From NCBI GenBank assembly GCA_963716815.1, contig CAVQUM010000021.1, forward strand, positions 3,299 to 67,298: a stretch of 64,000 nt of DNA, read 5' to 3'. This document shows, in pieces, positions 1 to 9,707 of this stretch; the first letter of the stretch is position 1; each line of letters begins with the position of its first letter. A program made the position numbers and the translations under genes. The notes under the pieces are model-generated. The model was not told the DNA's origin. It saw only the letters and a program-made list of their open reading frames with translations, and made no database searches. The stretch is from an uncultured Chloroflexia bacterium (GTDB taxonomy: Bacteria > Chloroflexota > Limnocylindria > Limnocylindrales > CSP1-4).

Positions 1-108
1 CGAGCATCAGGCTGCCCTGACGAAGAACCGCCTGACGCGGAACTCGCCCGAGCGAGGGAGTCGGGTCCGTGTGCCGCCTCGTCGATCGGCCTGCATGGGG
101 GGCCGACC

Positions 109-672
109 ATGGTCGATTCCAGTGTCGTTCTCTGGGGCCAGGCGTTGGTGTACACGCTGTACGCGGCCGCCGTGCTCCTGATCATGGCGGTCTTCGCCAT
201 CATGATCACCAGACCCGGGACGGCGAAGGTGCCCAAGGTCCTCTTCACGGTCTGGGCCATCATCCTCGTCGTCACCGGCGTCTCGATCCACATCGTCTCC
301 TCCAGCACCATCCCGTGGGTCCACATGGACCTCGACCGCGACTCCTATACCGCGGACAAGACGTTCGAGATCTCCGTCGCCGACCATGAGTTCGAGCTGC
401 CGGCCGAGAAGCTGGCCATCGACTGCGGCGACCTGGTCCTCTTCGACGTCACGTCGGAGGACCTGACCTACGGCTTCGGGCTGTTCCGGCAGGACAACTC
501 GCTCGTCTTCCAGATGCAGGTCGTGCCCGGAAGTCGCAACGACGTGCTCTGGGAGTTCGAGAAGGACGGGGTCTACACCATCCGCTCGACCGAGTACTCA
601 GGGCCTGAGGGCCACCAGATGATCTTGCCCGACGCCGTCGAGGTGACCGGCTGCGCGGAAGACGCGGAATAG
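109..672 (+). CDS. Heme-copper oxidoreductase subunit II-like protein (2 TM helices + cupredoxin-like domain) lacking CuA cysteines
   Basis: 187-aa ORF with two N-terminal hydrophobic helices. It has STEYSGPEGHQM where CuA proteins have CxExCGxxHxxM, so both Cys positions are Ser. It has DLTYGF where CuA proteins have DV(I/L)H(S/G)F. It lies 17 nt upstream of the subunit I gene. Confidence 0.6.
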   Translation: MVDSSVVLWGQALVYTLYAAAVLLIMAVFAIMITRPGTAKVPKVLFTVWAIILVVTGVSIHIVSSSTIPWVHMDLDRDSYTADKTFEISVADHEFELPAEKLAIDCGDLVLFDVTSEDLTYGFGLFRQDNSLVFQMQVVPGSRNDVLWEFEKDGVYTIRSTEYSGPEGHQMILPDAVEVTGCAEDAE

Positions 673-689
673 GGCGGGGGTGACGTGAG

Positions 690-2321
690 ATGACCTTCAT
701 GAAGACCCTCGTCGGTGGCAACCAGGGCGCCTTCGACGCCTCCACCCTCACGCCCATGCAGAAGCTGACGCTGCGCTTCGTGGTCGTCGGCATCGGCTAC
801 TACGCCTTCGCTGCCATCGAAGGCATGATCATGCGGATCTACGCCATCGAGCCGATCTCGCTGATCCCGCCGAACCAGTACTTCGGCATCCTCACCGCGC
901 ACCCGCTGGTGGGCATCTTCGGCTCGACCTACCTGCTCTCGCTGGGCGCGTTCCTGTTCCTCGTGCCGTTCATGATGCAGAAGCCGCTGTACAGCTACAA
1001 GCTGGCGCTGTTCACCTTCTGGTCGATCGCCATCGGCACCTTCGTCTTCTGGTTCGATGGCTTCCTGACTCACTACGCGCCGCTGTACACGCTCTACTGG
1101 CCGCTGCCGGCCGACACGTCGCAGTTCGAGCCGTGGAGCGGCGTCATCTTCGTCGCCGGCATCGCGGTCATCATGCTGGGCACGCTGGCCTTCGTGTGGA
1201 ACACCTTCGCCACGATCCTGTACACGCCCAAGGGCGAGGATCACATCGAGAAGTGGCCGGTCTTCAAGTCGGCCATCGGACTGACCGGCTTCCGCAACAT
1301 CTTCCGCGGCCACAGCCAGGATGACGAGCCGGTACCGCTGGGCGTGGCGGCGGTGGCTCGAGGTGCGGTCGATGCCGCGCTCAACTCGTTCATCATCCTC
1401 GGCGCGGGCGTGCTGATCATCGTCTTCCTCTTCGCGGCCGCCATCGGCATCTCGCTCGATGACACGATCATCGACGCGCTGCTCTACAAGAACTTCTTCT
1501 GGTGGGGCCTCGACCTCATCGCCGACGGCCTGGTGCTCATCTGGGTCGCGGGCGCCTGGTACATCCTGGCCACGCTCATCACCGGCCGGCGGCTGTTCAT
1601 GGCCAACGTCGCTCGCGCGGCCCTGCTCGTGGAGCTGATCGTGTCGTGGACGGTGTGGTCGCACCACCTGCTCTCCGACCAGGGCCAGCCGGCGATCCTG
1701 AAGGTCGTCTCGGGCGAGATGGTGACGGCCTTCGAGCTGATCACCCAGGGCCTGGCCTTCTTCATCACGCTGGCCACGCTCTGGCTGGCCCGGCCGCTGA
1801 AGATGACCAACGAGCTCAAGTTCCTGCTCGGCGGCCTGACGGGCTTCGGGCTCGGCGTCGCTGCCGGCATCCTGCAGGCAGATATCGGTCTCAACCGCAT
1901 CCTGCACAACACCCAGTGGGTCATCGGCCCGCACGTCCACGTGGCTGTGCTCGTGGGCCTGACCATGACCCTCTACGCGGTCGTCTACAAGCTCTTCCCC
2001 ATCCTCACCAACGGGGCGGTGCTGTGGAGCGAGCGCCTGGTCAACGTCCACTTCTGGTTCCACTTGCTCGGCGGCATCGGCATGGGTGCCTTCATGGGCA
2101 TGGCCGGCCTGTCCGGCATGCTCCGGCGGACCATCTACTACGAGGACGAGTACCTCGTCTTCATGATCCTCGCGGGCATCTGCGGGGCGATGCTGATCGT
2201 CGCGCTGGCGGCGTTCCTCATCAACATCGTCATGACCGTCGGGCTCAAGGGTGCCATCGGCATCTTCCTGCCGGCCAAGGGCAGTCCCGACCAGCTGCTA
2301 CCGGAGGCCCCCGCGGAGTAG
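690..2321 (+). CDS. Heme-copper oxidoreductase subunit I-like protein with an altered (carboxylate) binuclear-site ligand set
   Basis: 543-aa polytopic ORF. Candidate heme ligands are H71 (LTAHPLVG) and H415/H417 (HNTQWVIGPHVHV, compare HNTAWVPGHFH in ba3). The HH pair is at 325-326 (WSHHLL). The CuB helix reads FFWWGLDLIADG instead of FWWxGHPxVY, giving D275 and D279. Confidence 0.8.
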   Translation: MTFMKTLVGGNQGAFDASTLTPMQKLTLRFVVVGIGYYAFAAIEGMIMRIYAIEPISLIPPNQYFGILTAHPLVGIFGSTYLLSLGAFLFLVPFMMQKPLYSYKLALFTFWSIAIGTFVFWFDGFLTHYAPLYTLYWPLPADTSQFEPWSGVIFVAGIAVIMLGTLAFVWNTFATILYTPKGEDHIEKWPVFKSAIGLTGFRNIFRGHSQDDEPVPLGVAAVARGAVDAALNSFIILGAGVLIIVFLFAAAIGISLDDTIIDALLYKNFFWWGLDLIADGLVLIWVAGAWYILATLITGRRLFMANVARAALLVELIVSWTVWSHHLLSDQGQPAILKVVSGEMVTAFELITQGLAFFITLATLWLARPLKMTNELKFLLGGLTGFGLGVAAGILQADIGLNRILHNTQWVIGPHVHVAVLVGLTMTLYAVVYKLFPILTNGAVLWSERLVNVHFWFHLLGGIGMGAFMGMAGLSGMLRRTIYYEDEYLVFMILAGICGAMLIVALAAFLINIVMTVGLKGAIGIFLPAKGSPDQLLPEAPAE

Positions 2322-2354
2322 CGGCACCGGACGCACAGCGGCAAGACACGCCAC

Positions 2355-2386
2355 GGCCGCGCTACCCCACCAGGGGCGGCGCGGCC
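2355..2386. terminator. GC-rich hairpin between convergent genes
   Basis: ggccgcgctacccc-acca-ggggcggcgcggcc forms an 8 bp + 4 bp stem with a 2x2 internal mismatch. It sits between the oxidase stop (2321) and the stop of the minus-strand oxidoreductase (2416). No T-tract. Confidence 0.4.
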
Positions 2387-2415
2387 GGTTCGGCGGTTCG
2401 GCGTGTGCTCGAACC

Positions 2416-3610
2416 TCAGATCACGCGGTCGCTGAAGTCGCCGCTCCGGGGGTCCTTGAGGATGAGCTTGGAGCGGCCGTCGGGCAGCAGCTCGCGCTTG
2501 ATCACCACCTGACCCTCGTAGATCTCGGGCTCCTTGCTGATGGGCGCGGTCTTCCCGCCGCGCCAGTCGAGCTCGACCGGCTCCCAGGCCCGGCTCGCGG
2601 CCGACTGGTAGCAGGCGTCCATGATGGCGTTGACGACGTAGCCGTCGTAGAGCGTCTCCATGGGTTCGCGGCCCTCGTCCATGGCATCGAACATGTCGCT
2701 GAACATGTCCGTGTAGCCCAGCTCGGAGACCTCGTCGCCGACGGGGAAGAGCCAGCCGGCGTCGGTCTCGGCCTTCTCCGCCACGTAACTCTTGTCGCCC
2801 TCGCCGGCGGTGAACATCTCGAAGCCCGTGCGCAGGAAGTTGTTGATCCAGACGGTGCCGCCTGTGCCCGCGACCTCGGTGCGCAGGTCCATCCCGCCAC
2901 GGAAGGTCCAGCTCACCTCGAACTGGCTGGTCGCACCCGACTCGTAGCGCACGAGCGCGATGGCGTTGTCCTCCGCGTCGATGGGATGCACCAGCGTGTC
3001 GGTCTGGCACATCACCTCCACGGGCCGGTTGCCCTTGCCCAGGAAGACGCGCCCGATCTCGATGCAGTGGCAGCCCAGGTCGATGATGGCGCCGCCACCA
3101 GTGAGGCGGTGGTCCCAGAACCAGGCCGAGTGTGGCCCCGGGTGCGCCTCACGGGCCCGGACCCAGGTGATATCGCCGAGCGCGCCGTCCTGTGCGGACT
3201 TCATGGCCTTGAGCGACTTGGGCGAGTACACGAGGTCCTCGAGATAGCCGTGGAAGACCCCGGCCTTCTCGACCGCGTCGAGCATGCGCTTGGCCTCGGC
3301 CGCGCTGCGCCCGAGCGGCTTGGTCACGAGCAGCGTTCTTGCCGGCCTCGGCCACGGCCACGACCGCTTCCTCGTGCAGGAAGTTGGGCAGGGCCACGAT
3401 GACCGTGTCGGTGTCGGGGTGGTCGATGGCGGCGGGCATGTCCGTCGTCGACTCGGGAATGCCGTGGCGCGCCTTGAAGGCCTGGCCACGCTCATCCGAC
3501 CGGGAGTAGACGACCTGCACGCGGTCGCGGCTGCGCTGTCCGTGCAGGGTCATGGTGTAGAAGTCGCCGATCAGCCCGGTGCCGAGCATGGAGACCTTGT
3601 GCTGCTTCAC
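2416..3610 (-). pseudogene. Gfo/Idh/MocA family NAD(P)-dependent oxidoreductase, one frameshift
   Basis: The N-terminal Rossmann part ([18 protein letters not shown]...AVAEAGKN) lies in ORF 3149..3610. The C-terminal part ([15 protein letters not shown]... to the end) lies in ORF 2416..3495. The frames join at about 3336 (aagaac-g-ctgctcgtg), consistent with one extra base. Confidence 0.8.
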
Positions 3611-3833
3611 AGCGTGTACCTCCTGGTGAAGTTCGTGGCTCGATCCTACGCCTGTGGGTCAGCGATCGGCAGTTCGGATCGACCGTGCCTGTACGGGACA
3701 GGTGCGGGCAGCGGGTCTCGGCAGCGAGAGGGGTCTCGGCAGCGCCGTGGAACGGTCTGGTGGGCGGCGAGGTAGGGCGGCGGCGACGTCCTCGGCCGGC
3801 GCTCACGCAGCGCGTGACGTCGGCCGCGCGGAG

Positions 3834-4037
3834 CTATTCGGCGTCTTCGGCCGGGTCGACCGCGTGGACCGTGCCTGCGGTGGGGCGGAAGGTCGTCTCG
3901 TGGCCATCGTCCCAGGCCACGCGATAGCTGTCCCCGTAGTCGTGCTCCACGATCTCGAGGATGGTGCCCCTGCGCGGGGGCTCGTCCACCTTCTGGGAGT
4001 CGACCATGATGCGATCGCCTACGTTGACATCAGCCAT
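3834..4037 (-). CDS. DUF1918 domain-containing small protein
   Basis: 67-aa product MADVNVGDRIMVDSQKVDEPPRRGTILEIVEHDYGDSYRVAWDDGHETTF, read from the internal ATG at 4037. A GGAGG lies 6 nt upstream. The longer listed ORF has an Arg/Pro-rich, non-protein-like N-terminus. Confidence 0.75.
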   Translation of the reverse strand: MADVNVGDRIMVDSQKVDEPPRRGTILEIVEHDYGDSYRVAWDDGHETTFRPTAGTVHAVDPAEDAE

Positions 4038-4162
4038 GGGAGCCTCCTCTCGTGCCTGCCGACTACTCGTGGGGCGAGGATAGCGGGCCGAGCGGCCGCT
4101 TGGTAGGGCCAGACGGCCGGCACGGGGCACCCTGCGCGCATGATCGCTGGCATCCTGTGAGT

Positions 4163-5779
4163 ATGCGCCGACCGTTGCTCCTGGTCGCTCTCGCCCTCGC
4201 CACTGCCCTGGCGGTCCTGCCCGCGATGAGCGTCGCCCAGGAGGACACACCGCCGCTGGTCACGCTCGAGGCACGGGGTGCGCCCCTGGTCGTGGGACAG
4301 GATGAGCGCATCGCCCTCTTCGTCACGCTGGCCCGGCCGGCCGAGTTGCGGCTGTACGTGGAGGACTTCGATGGACGGCTCGTGCGCGAGCTCTTCGCTG
4401 GCAGCCGCCGCGCCGGGGAGATGCGGGCCGGCTGGCACGGCCGCGATCCCGACGGGGCGCGGGTCCGTTCGGGCCCCTATCGTGTGGTGGCCAAGGCCCG
4501 CGCCGAGGGCATGACCGAGCGGGCCGCGACCTGGGTCACGGTGGCAGAGCAGGCGGTCTACCCGAAAGCGCCGGGACTGATCACGGTCGCGGTCGACCCG
4601 GGTCACGGTCGCGACTACGACGGTGCCATCGCGGCCGATGGCACGCGCGAGGCCGATCTCAACCTGGACATCGGGCGACGCCTGTGGCGCATGCTCCAGG
4701 GCGCCGGCGTCGAGGTCGCCATCACGCGCAGGTCGGACGCGAACGCCAACGAACCACCGCGCGACCGCACCGGCGATGGCGAGCTCGACAACGACGATGA
4801 CCTGGCCGCGCGCACCGACCTGGCCAACGAGGCCCGCGCGGACCTGTTCGTCTCGATCCACAACAACTGGGCGGTCAACCCCGCGGTCGGTGGTCCTTCC
4901 ACCCACTACTTCGCCGAGCGGCCCTTCGGTACCCGTTCCGCACGGCTGGCGCGCCTCGTGCAGGAGGAGATGGTGGCGGCGCTCGATGGTGCCACCGACG
5001 GCGAGTGGGAGCCGCACGACCACGGCGCGCTGACGTACCCCTACTACGTGCTGCGCGGCTACGATCCGCCGCGCCTCAAGCGGCCGACCCAAATGCCGGG
5101 CGTGCTCAGCGAGGGCCTCTTCCTCTCCAACGCGCGCGAGCTGGCGCTGCTCAAGCGCCGACACGTGCGTGCGCACATGGCCGTGGCCTACTACGACGCG
5201 ATCGCGCGCTATCTCGCCGGGCGCGGCGCCCACGTGGGCTACGAGCTGGTCAGGGGCCCGGCCGAGCCGGTAGCCCCCGGCGAAGCCACGACCTTCACGG
5301 TGGAGGTACGAAACCAGGGCACGCAGACCCTGGTGGGCTGGCGCCTGGGCGCCGACGCCATCGGCGCACCCGCCCGCTATGTCGGTCGCACGGGCCGCGG
5401 CCGAGAGGCCGGCGTCGCCAGGATCCCGCGGCTGGCCCCGGGCGAGACAGCGGTGGTGCGGATCGAGGTCACGCCACCGGCCGACGCGCGCGAGTGGATG
5501 CTCCTCTTCGACGCCCGCGACCGCGACGGTGTGCGTGCGTCGGCGCTCGGCAGCCCGGCCTTGCAGGTCCGCCTGCCCGTGCTCGAGCTTCCCCGCCTTC
5601 CCCGCCTTCCCCACCTTCAGACGAAGGCGTTCCCGAGGCCGCACCAGCCGCGAAGATCGAAGGTCTCGCTCAGCCTTTCTAAAGGTTCTCCAGATGTGCG
5701 CCGGGCACCTTTAGGCCCATCGTTCCGGTCAGACGCGACGACCCCCGGTCGCGAGGCAGCAGACAGGACTGACCGATGA
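4163..5779 (+). CDS. Secreted N-acetylmuramoyl-L-alanine amidase (Amidase_3 family) with an N-terminal FlgD-Ig-like domain; 3' end uncertain
   Basis: Signal peptide MRRPLLLVALALATALAVLPAMSVAQ. Amidase_3 motifs are DPGHGRDYDG, DLFVSIHNN and PGVLSEGLFLSN. The last ~100 nt of the ORF have atypical codons and cross a hairpin (see findings). Confidence 0.8.
   Translation: MRRPLLLVALALATALAVLPAMSVAQEDTPPLVTLEARGAPLVVGQDERIALFVTLARPAELRLYVEDFDGRLVRELFAGSRRAGEMRAGWHGRDPDGARVRSGPYRVVAKARAEGMTERAATWVTVAEQAVYPKAPGLITVAVDPGHGRDYDGAIAADGTREADLNLDIGRRLWRMLQGAGVEVAITRRSDANANEPPRDRTGDGELDNDDDLAARTDLANEARADLFVSIHNNWAVNPAVGGPSTHYFAERPFGTRSARLARLVQEEMVAALDGATDGEWEPHDHGALTYPYYVLRGYDPPRLKRPTQMPGVLSEGLFLSNARELALLKRRHVRAHMAVAYYDAIARYLAGRGAHVGYELVRGPAEPVAPGEATTFTVEVRNQGTQTLVGWRLGADAIGAPARYVGRTGRGREAGVARIPRLAPGETAVVRIEVTPPADAREWMLLFDARDRDGVRASALGSPALQVRLPVLELPRLPRLPHLQTKAFPRPHQPRRSKVSLSLSKGSPDVRRAPLGPSFRSDATTPGREAADRTDR
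5588..5614 (+). repeat. 9-bp tandem repeat x3 (cttccccgc cttccccgc cttccccac)
   Basis: Read directly. It encodes LPRLPRLPH in the ORF frame or SPPSPPSPP in the adjacent frame. Confidence 0.9.
5679..5714. terminator. Hairpin with a perfect 8-bp stem in a locally AT-richer stretch
   Basis: ctaaaggt-N20-acctttag. A TAA at 5680-5682 in the adjacent frame sits at the base of the stem. Confidence 0.35.
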
Positions 5780-5955
5780 ACGACCTCCACATGACCACCC
5801 TGGCCGGCGAGCGTACTGCCGCCTACCGTGCCGAGGCCGACCGCGAGCGACTGGCTCGCAGCGTGAGCCAGGTCCCGAGCCGCGAGCGTCGAGCTGCGCA
5901 GCGCACTCGTCGTCCGAGCCTGAGCATGATCTTCGGCCGCGTGGCCATCTTCTAG
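5776..5955 (+). CDS. Possible small basic protein (59 aa), unknown function
   Basis: ATG overlaps the TGA of the upstream ORF (ATGA). The product is MNDLHMTTLAGERTAAYRAEADRERLARSVSQVPSRERRAAQRTRRPSLSMIFGRVAIF, with mostly G/C at codon position 3. It is below the ORF-track length cutoff and I recognise no homolog. Confidence 0.3.
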   Translation: MNDLHMTTLAGERTAAYRAEADRERLARSVSQVPSRERRAAQRTRRPSLSMIFGRVAIF

Positions 5956-6040
5956 GGCACGACAGCTTGGGGGCCGTGTCAGCGGCCCCGGCCCCGATGC
6001 CGACCCGCACACCGCAGCGCGATCGACCGGACCCGCCCGT

Positions 6041-9030
6041 ATGATCGGCTCCATGGCTCGCAGGATGGCCAGCCCGGTGCTGGTCGGACGGACAGAGGTG
6101 CTCGGTGGGCTGCACGCGTCCATCGAGGCGGCGCACGCGGGCACGCCGCGGCACACCGTCATCGGCGGCGAGGCCGGCGTGGGCAAGACCCGGCTCCTCG
6201 AGGAGCTGAGCCAGATGGCCCAGGCCGAGGGCCTGCGGGTGCTGATCGGGGGCTGCGTTTCGATGGGTGCCGAGGGCCTGCCGTTCGCGCCCTACGCCGA
6301 GATCGATCCGGACCCTGGTGACCCAGGACGGCGCACCCGAGGTCACTGCGCTCGCCGGCCGCGCCGCGGCCGACCTGTCCCGCCTCGTCCCGGCCCTGCG
6401 GACAGGTGATGCCCCGCCGGACCGGGACCTGGCGCAGACGCGCCTCTACGAAGCGCTCCATGACCTCATCCGCAACCTCGCGGGGCAGGGTCCGCTGCTG
6501 GTGGGGGTCGAGGATCTGCACTGGGCCGACGCCGGCACCCTGGCGGCGACCTCCTATCTGCTGCGTGCCATCCGCGACGAGCCGGTCGCCATCGTCGCCA
6601 CCTTCCGTAGCGACGACGTCACTCGCACGCACCCATTGCGTCGCTGGCTGGCGGAGGTCGGCCGCGATGCCGACGTCGAACGGGTCGAGCTGGAGCCGCT
6701 CGATGAGGCCGAGGTCGGCTCGCTGGTCGAGCACCTCATCGGGGAGCGGCCGAGGCCAGGCGAAGCCGAGTCCATCCACCGACGCTCGGACGGCAACCCC
6801 TTCTTCGTGGAGGAGCTCGTCTGTTGCCGGGTAGCGGGTCCCGCTCGCCTGCCGGCCTCCTTGCGCGACGTGCTCGCGGCTCGCGTCGACGCCTTGCCCG
6901 AGGGCGCACGCTCGCTCATCGCGACCGCTGCTGTCGGTGGTCGCGAGGTCGAGCACGACATCCTGGTGGCGGTCGTGGGCGGCGACGAGACGGCCATCTC
7001 GAGCGATCTCGCGGCGCTGGTCGAGGCCGGCTTGCTGACCCCGACCCGCGCCGCCGACGGCGACGATGCCTACTCCTTCCGGCATGCGCTGCTGCACGAG
7101 GCCGTCTACGACGCGATGCTGCCGACGGAGCGCCGACGCCTCCATCGATCATGGGGTGAGTACCTCAGCGCGCACCAGGTCCGCGACGCAGGCCCGGCAC
7201 ACCTCGTGCAGATCGCCCACCACTGGCGGGAGGGCCGTGACGAGCGGGCTCTCGCGGCATCGATCGCGGCCGGTGACGCGGCCATGGCCGCTTTCTCCTA
7301 CGACATCGCCGCGGACGAGTTCGAGTCCGCGCTGCTGCTGTGGGAGGACGACGCCGAGGTCGGTCCTCGACCACGTCGCCTTGCTCGAACGGTCCTGCCG
7401 CGCGGCCTACCTCAGCTCGGACTATCGCCGCGCGGTCGCCGCCTGCCGCGCGGCCATCGACGAGCTCGGCGAGGGTGATGCAGCGCGTCTGACCGAGCTG
7501 CTCACCCTGCTCGCCCGGGTGCTGTGGGTGTCGGGCGACTGGGGCGACGCCATCGACACCTACGAACGTGCCGTGGACGTGTCGCCGGCGGAGCCGGCCA
7601 TCGTACGACTCAAGGCGCTCGCGGGCCTGGCCCAGGTGTACATGCTCCACGAACGCAATCAGGAGGCGCGCCCCCTGTGCGAGGCCACCATCGAGGCGGC
7701 GAGGGCCATCGGTGCCCGTGACCTGGAGGGACACGCCCTCAACACCCTGGGTGTGGTGCTCTCCGAGCTGGGCGAGACCGAGGCTGCCCGGAAGTCGCTC
7801 GACGACGCCCTGGCCATCGCGCTCGAGCTGGGCATCCCCGACGACATCGGCCGCGCCTACGTCAACCGCTCCGAGGTCGAGAGCTGGAACGGCTATCCCG
7901 AGCTGGGGCTCGACATCTCGCGGGAGGGCATGCGCGTGACTTCGGAGTGGGGCGTCGGAGCTAGCTACGGTTCCTCCATCGGCGCTGGCGCGGCGTCCTT
8001 TGCCTTCGAGGCGGGCCGGTGGGCCGAGGGCTACCAGCTGCTGGCCGAAGGCCGACCGGCAGGCCGGTCCTGTATCAGGGCACCGACGTCTATCGCTCGA
8101 CGTACGTGCTGGAGCTGCTCGCGTGCGCGGGCGACCAGGGATTCTGGCCGCTGTGGGAGGACACGCGGCCGATGCTCCTGGCGCGGCCGGCCACGGACAA
8201 CTCCGGGCTGGCCTACATGGCCGGGATCCAGCATGCCGCCTTCGCCGGCGACGACGCCCAGGCCCTGGCCTGGGGCCACGAGGGCGTCGACCTGCTGAGC
8301 ACCTCGGAGGCGGGCATCCGCCTGGTGGAGCTGGCACGAGTCACGGCCTGGCCGGTAGCCGACATGGGCCGCCGTGCGCGGCTCGCCGGCGATGTCGCGG
8401 CGCTCCAGTCGGCCCGCGCGGAGATGACCTGGCTGGCTGAGCTCGTCACGACCTCGCGGCGGCAGTTCGAGCGTTACCCCAGCCGGTTGAAGGACATCCT
8501 GGCCCACTGCGGCGACCAGGTCGAGGCCGAACGCGCACGCATGGAGGGGGAGGGGGCCGTGGCCCCGTGGGCCACGCTGGCCGACCGCTGGGCGGACCTG
8601 GGGCGACCATATCGCGCGGCCTACTGCCGCTGGCGCTTGGCTACCGCTGGCGGAGGAGGCTGGTGACCGCGACCCCGCTGTGAACGCGCTGCGTGAGGCC
8701 CACGCGATCGCGGGCGAGCTCGGAGCCCGGCCGCTGCTGGGGCAACTGGAGACCGCGGCCCGCCGCATGCGCGTGCGCCTCGGCGCTGCCGCGAAGTCCG
8801 CGGGGGCCAAGCCCGACGATGCCTACGGCCTCACCCGCCGGGAGCGAGAAGTGCTGGCTGAGGTGGCGGCCGGGCGCACCAACCGCGAGATCGCCGAGGG
8901 GCTCTTCATCAGCGAGTCCACAGCCGGCGTCCACGTCAGCAACATCCTGGGCAAGCTCGGCGTCTCCACTCGCACCGAGGCTGCCCGTGTCGCCCTGGAC
9001 CAGGGCCTGGCCGGCGCCTCCGTCGAGTAG
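6041..9030 (+). pseudogene. Large ATP-binding LuxR-family regulator (AAA/STAND NTPase + TPR-like repeats + C-terminal LuxR HTH), four frameshifts
   Basis: Walker A GGEAGVGKTRLLEEL, then LVGVEDLHWAD, helical repeat region, and a C-terminal LTRREREVLAEVAAGRTNREIAEGLFISESTAGVHVSNILGKLGV. The reading passes through ORFs 6041, 6267, 7066, 8019 and 8680, joining at about 6305, 7362, 8066 and 8640. Confidence 0.8.
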
Positions 9031-9075
9031 CTCGGCGCCCCCGCCCGGGACGGGACGGAGGCGCCGTCGAGGACA

Positions 9076-9641
9076 TCAGTCCAAGGGGTCGGAGTCGAGG
9101 AGCGTCGCATCCGGGATCGGCGGCGGTTCGCCGGGCCAGATCGACTGCCCTCGCCGGTGTGGACGTCCGAAGCCGTGTCATCGTGGTAGCTGTAGAAGAA
9201 GCTCAGGCCCTCGTAGGCGCCCTCGCCCGTCAACCAGCCATTCTCGATGGTCATGTAGTCAGGCAAGTCCACGACGGTGACCGGCCCTTGCCAGGCGCCG
9301 TCGGCGTTCTCGATGCGCACGAGAGCGGTGCCGCGACCCAGGTCACCGCGCTCTGCTGAGGAACTGTCACCGCTGTAGACGGCGGTCTGCTCGCCGCTGA
9401 CGCGCGGGTCACTGGCCTTGAAGGTGATGCGCAACCCATCGTGGTCGCGCTCGCCCCAGTCGTGCACCTCCGCGGGCACGCCGACCGAGAACCCGTAGTC
9501 GAGCGCACCCTCCCACGTTAGGTACACGGGGGTGTTGGTGTCGACCGCCACCCGCTCCGACGTCTGGCCCAGCGCGGTGGCCGGGAGGACCAGCAGCGAT
9601 AGCGCCACCAGGCTTCCGATGGCTGGTCGTGTGCCTTGCAT
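9076..9641 (-). pseudogene. Secreted protein paralogous to the extracytoplasmic domain of the adjacent anti-sigma factor, one frameshift
   Basis: Signal peptide MQGTRPAIGSLVALSLLVLPATALGQ, with GGAGG 8 nt upstream. The core LVRIENADGAWQGPV...IENGWLTGEGAYEGLSFFYS aligns with MRLENEWGAWEGAV...IEYGWLLGDGAYAGYSYFHS of 9708..10430. The shared C-terminal IWPGEPPPIPDATLLDSDPLD* is reached only after a frame change at about 9146. Confidence 0.6.
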
Positions 9642-9707
9642 CTTGTTACCTCCGCTGGGTCGGCGCCACCGATCGCGACGCCGACCGTCTTCCTTGTTCG
9701 GCCGCCG

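Noticed and set aside
573-2063. Long antisense and off-frame ORFs (for example 573..2063 -, 4019..5644 -, 28241..30658 -, 46440..49127 +, 46459..48261 -, 61954..63150 -, 62027..63022 +)
   Set aside because: Their products are dominated by Arg, Pro, Gly, Ala and His runs with no recognisable motifs. They overlap well-supported genes on the other strand or frame. This is the usual open-frame artefact of very GC-rich DNA.
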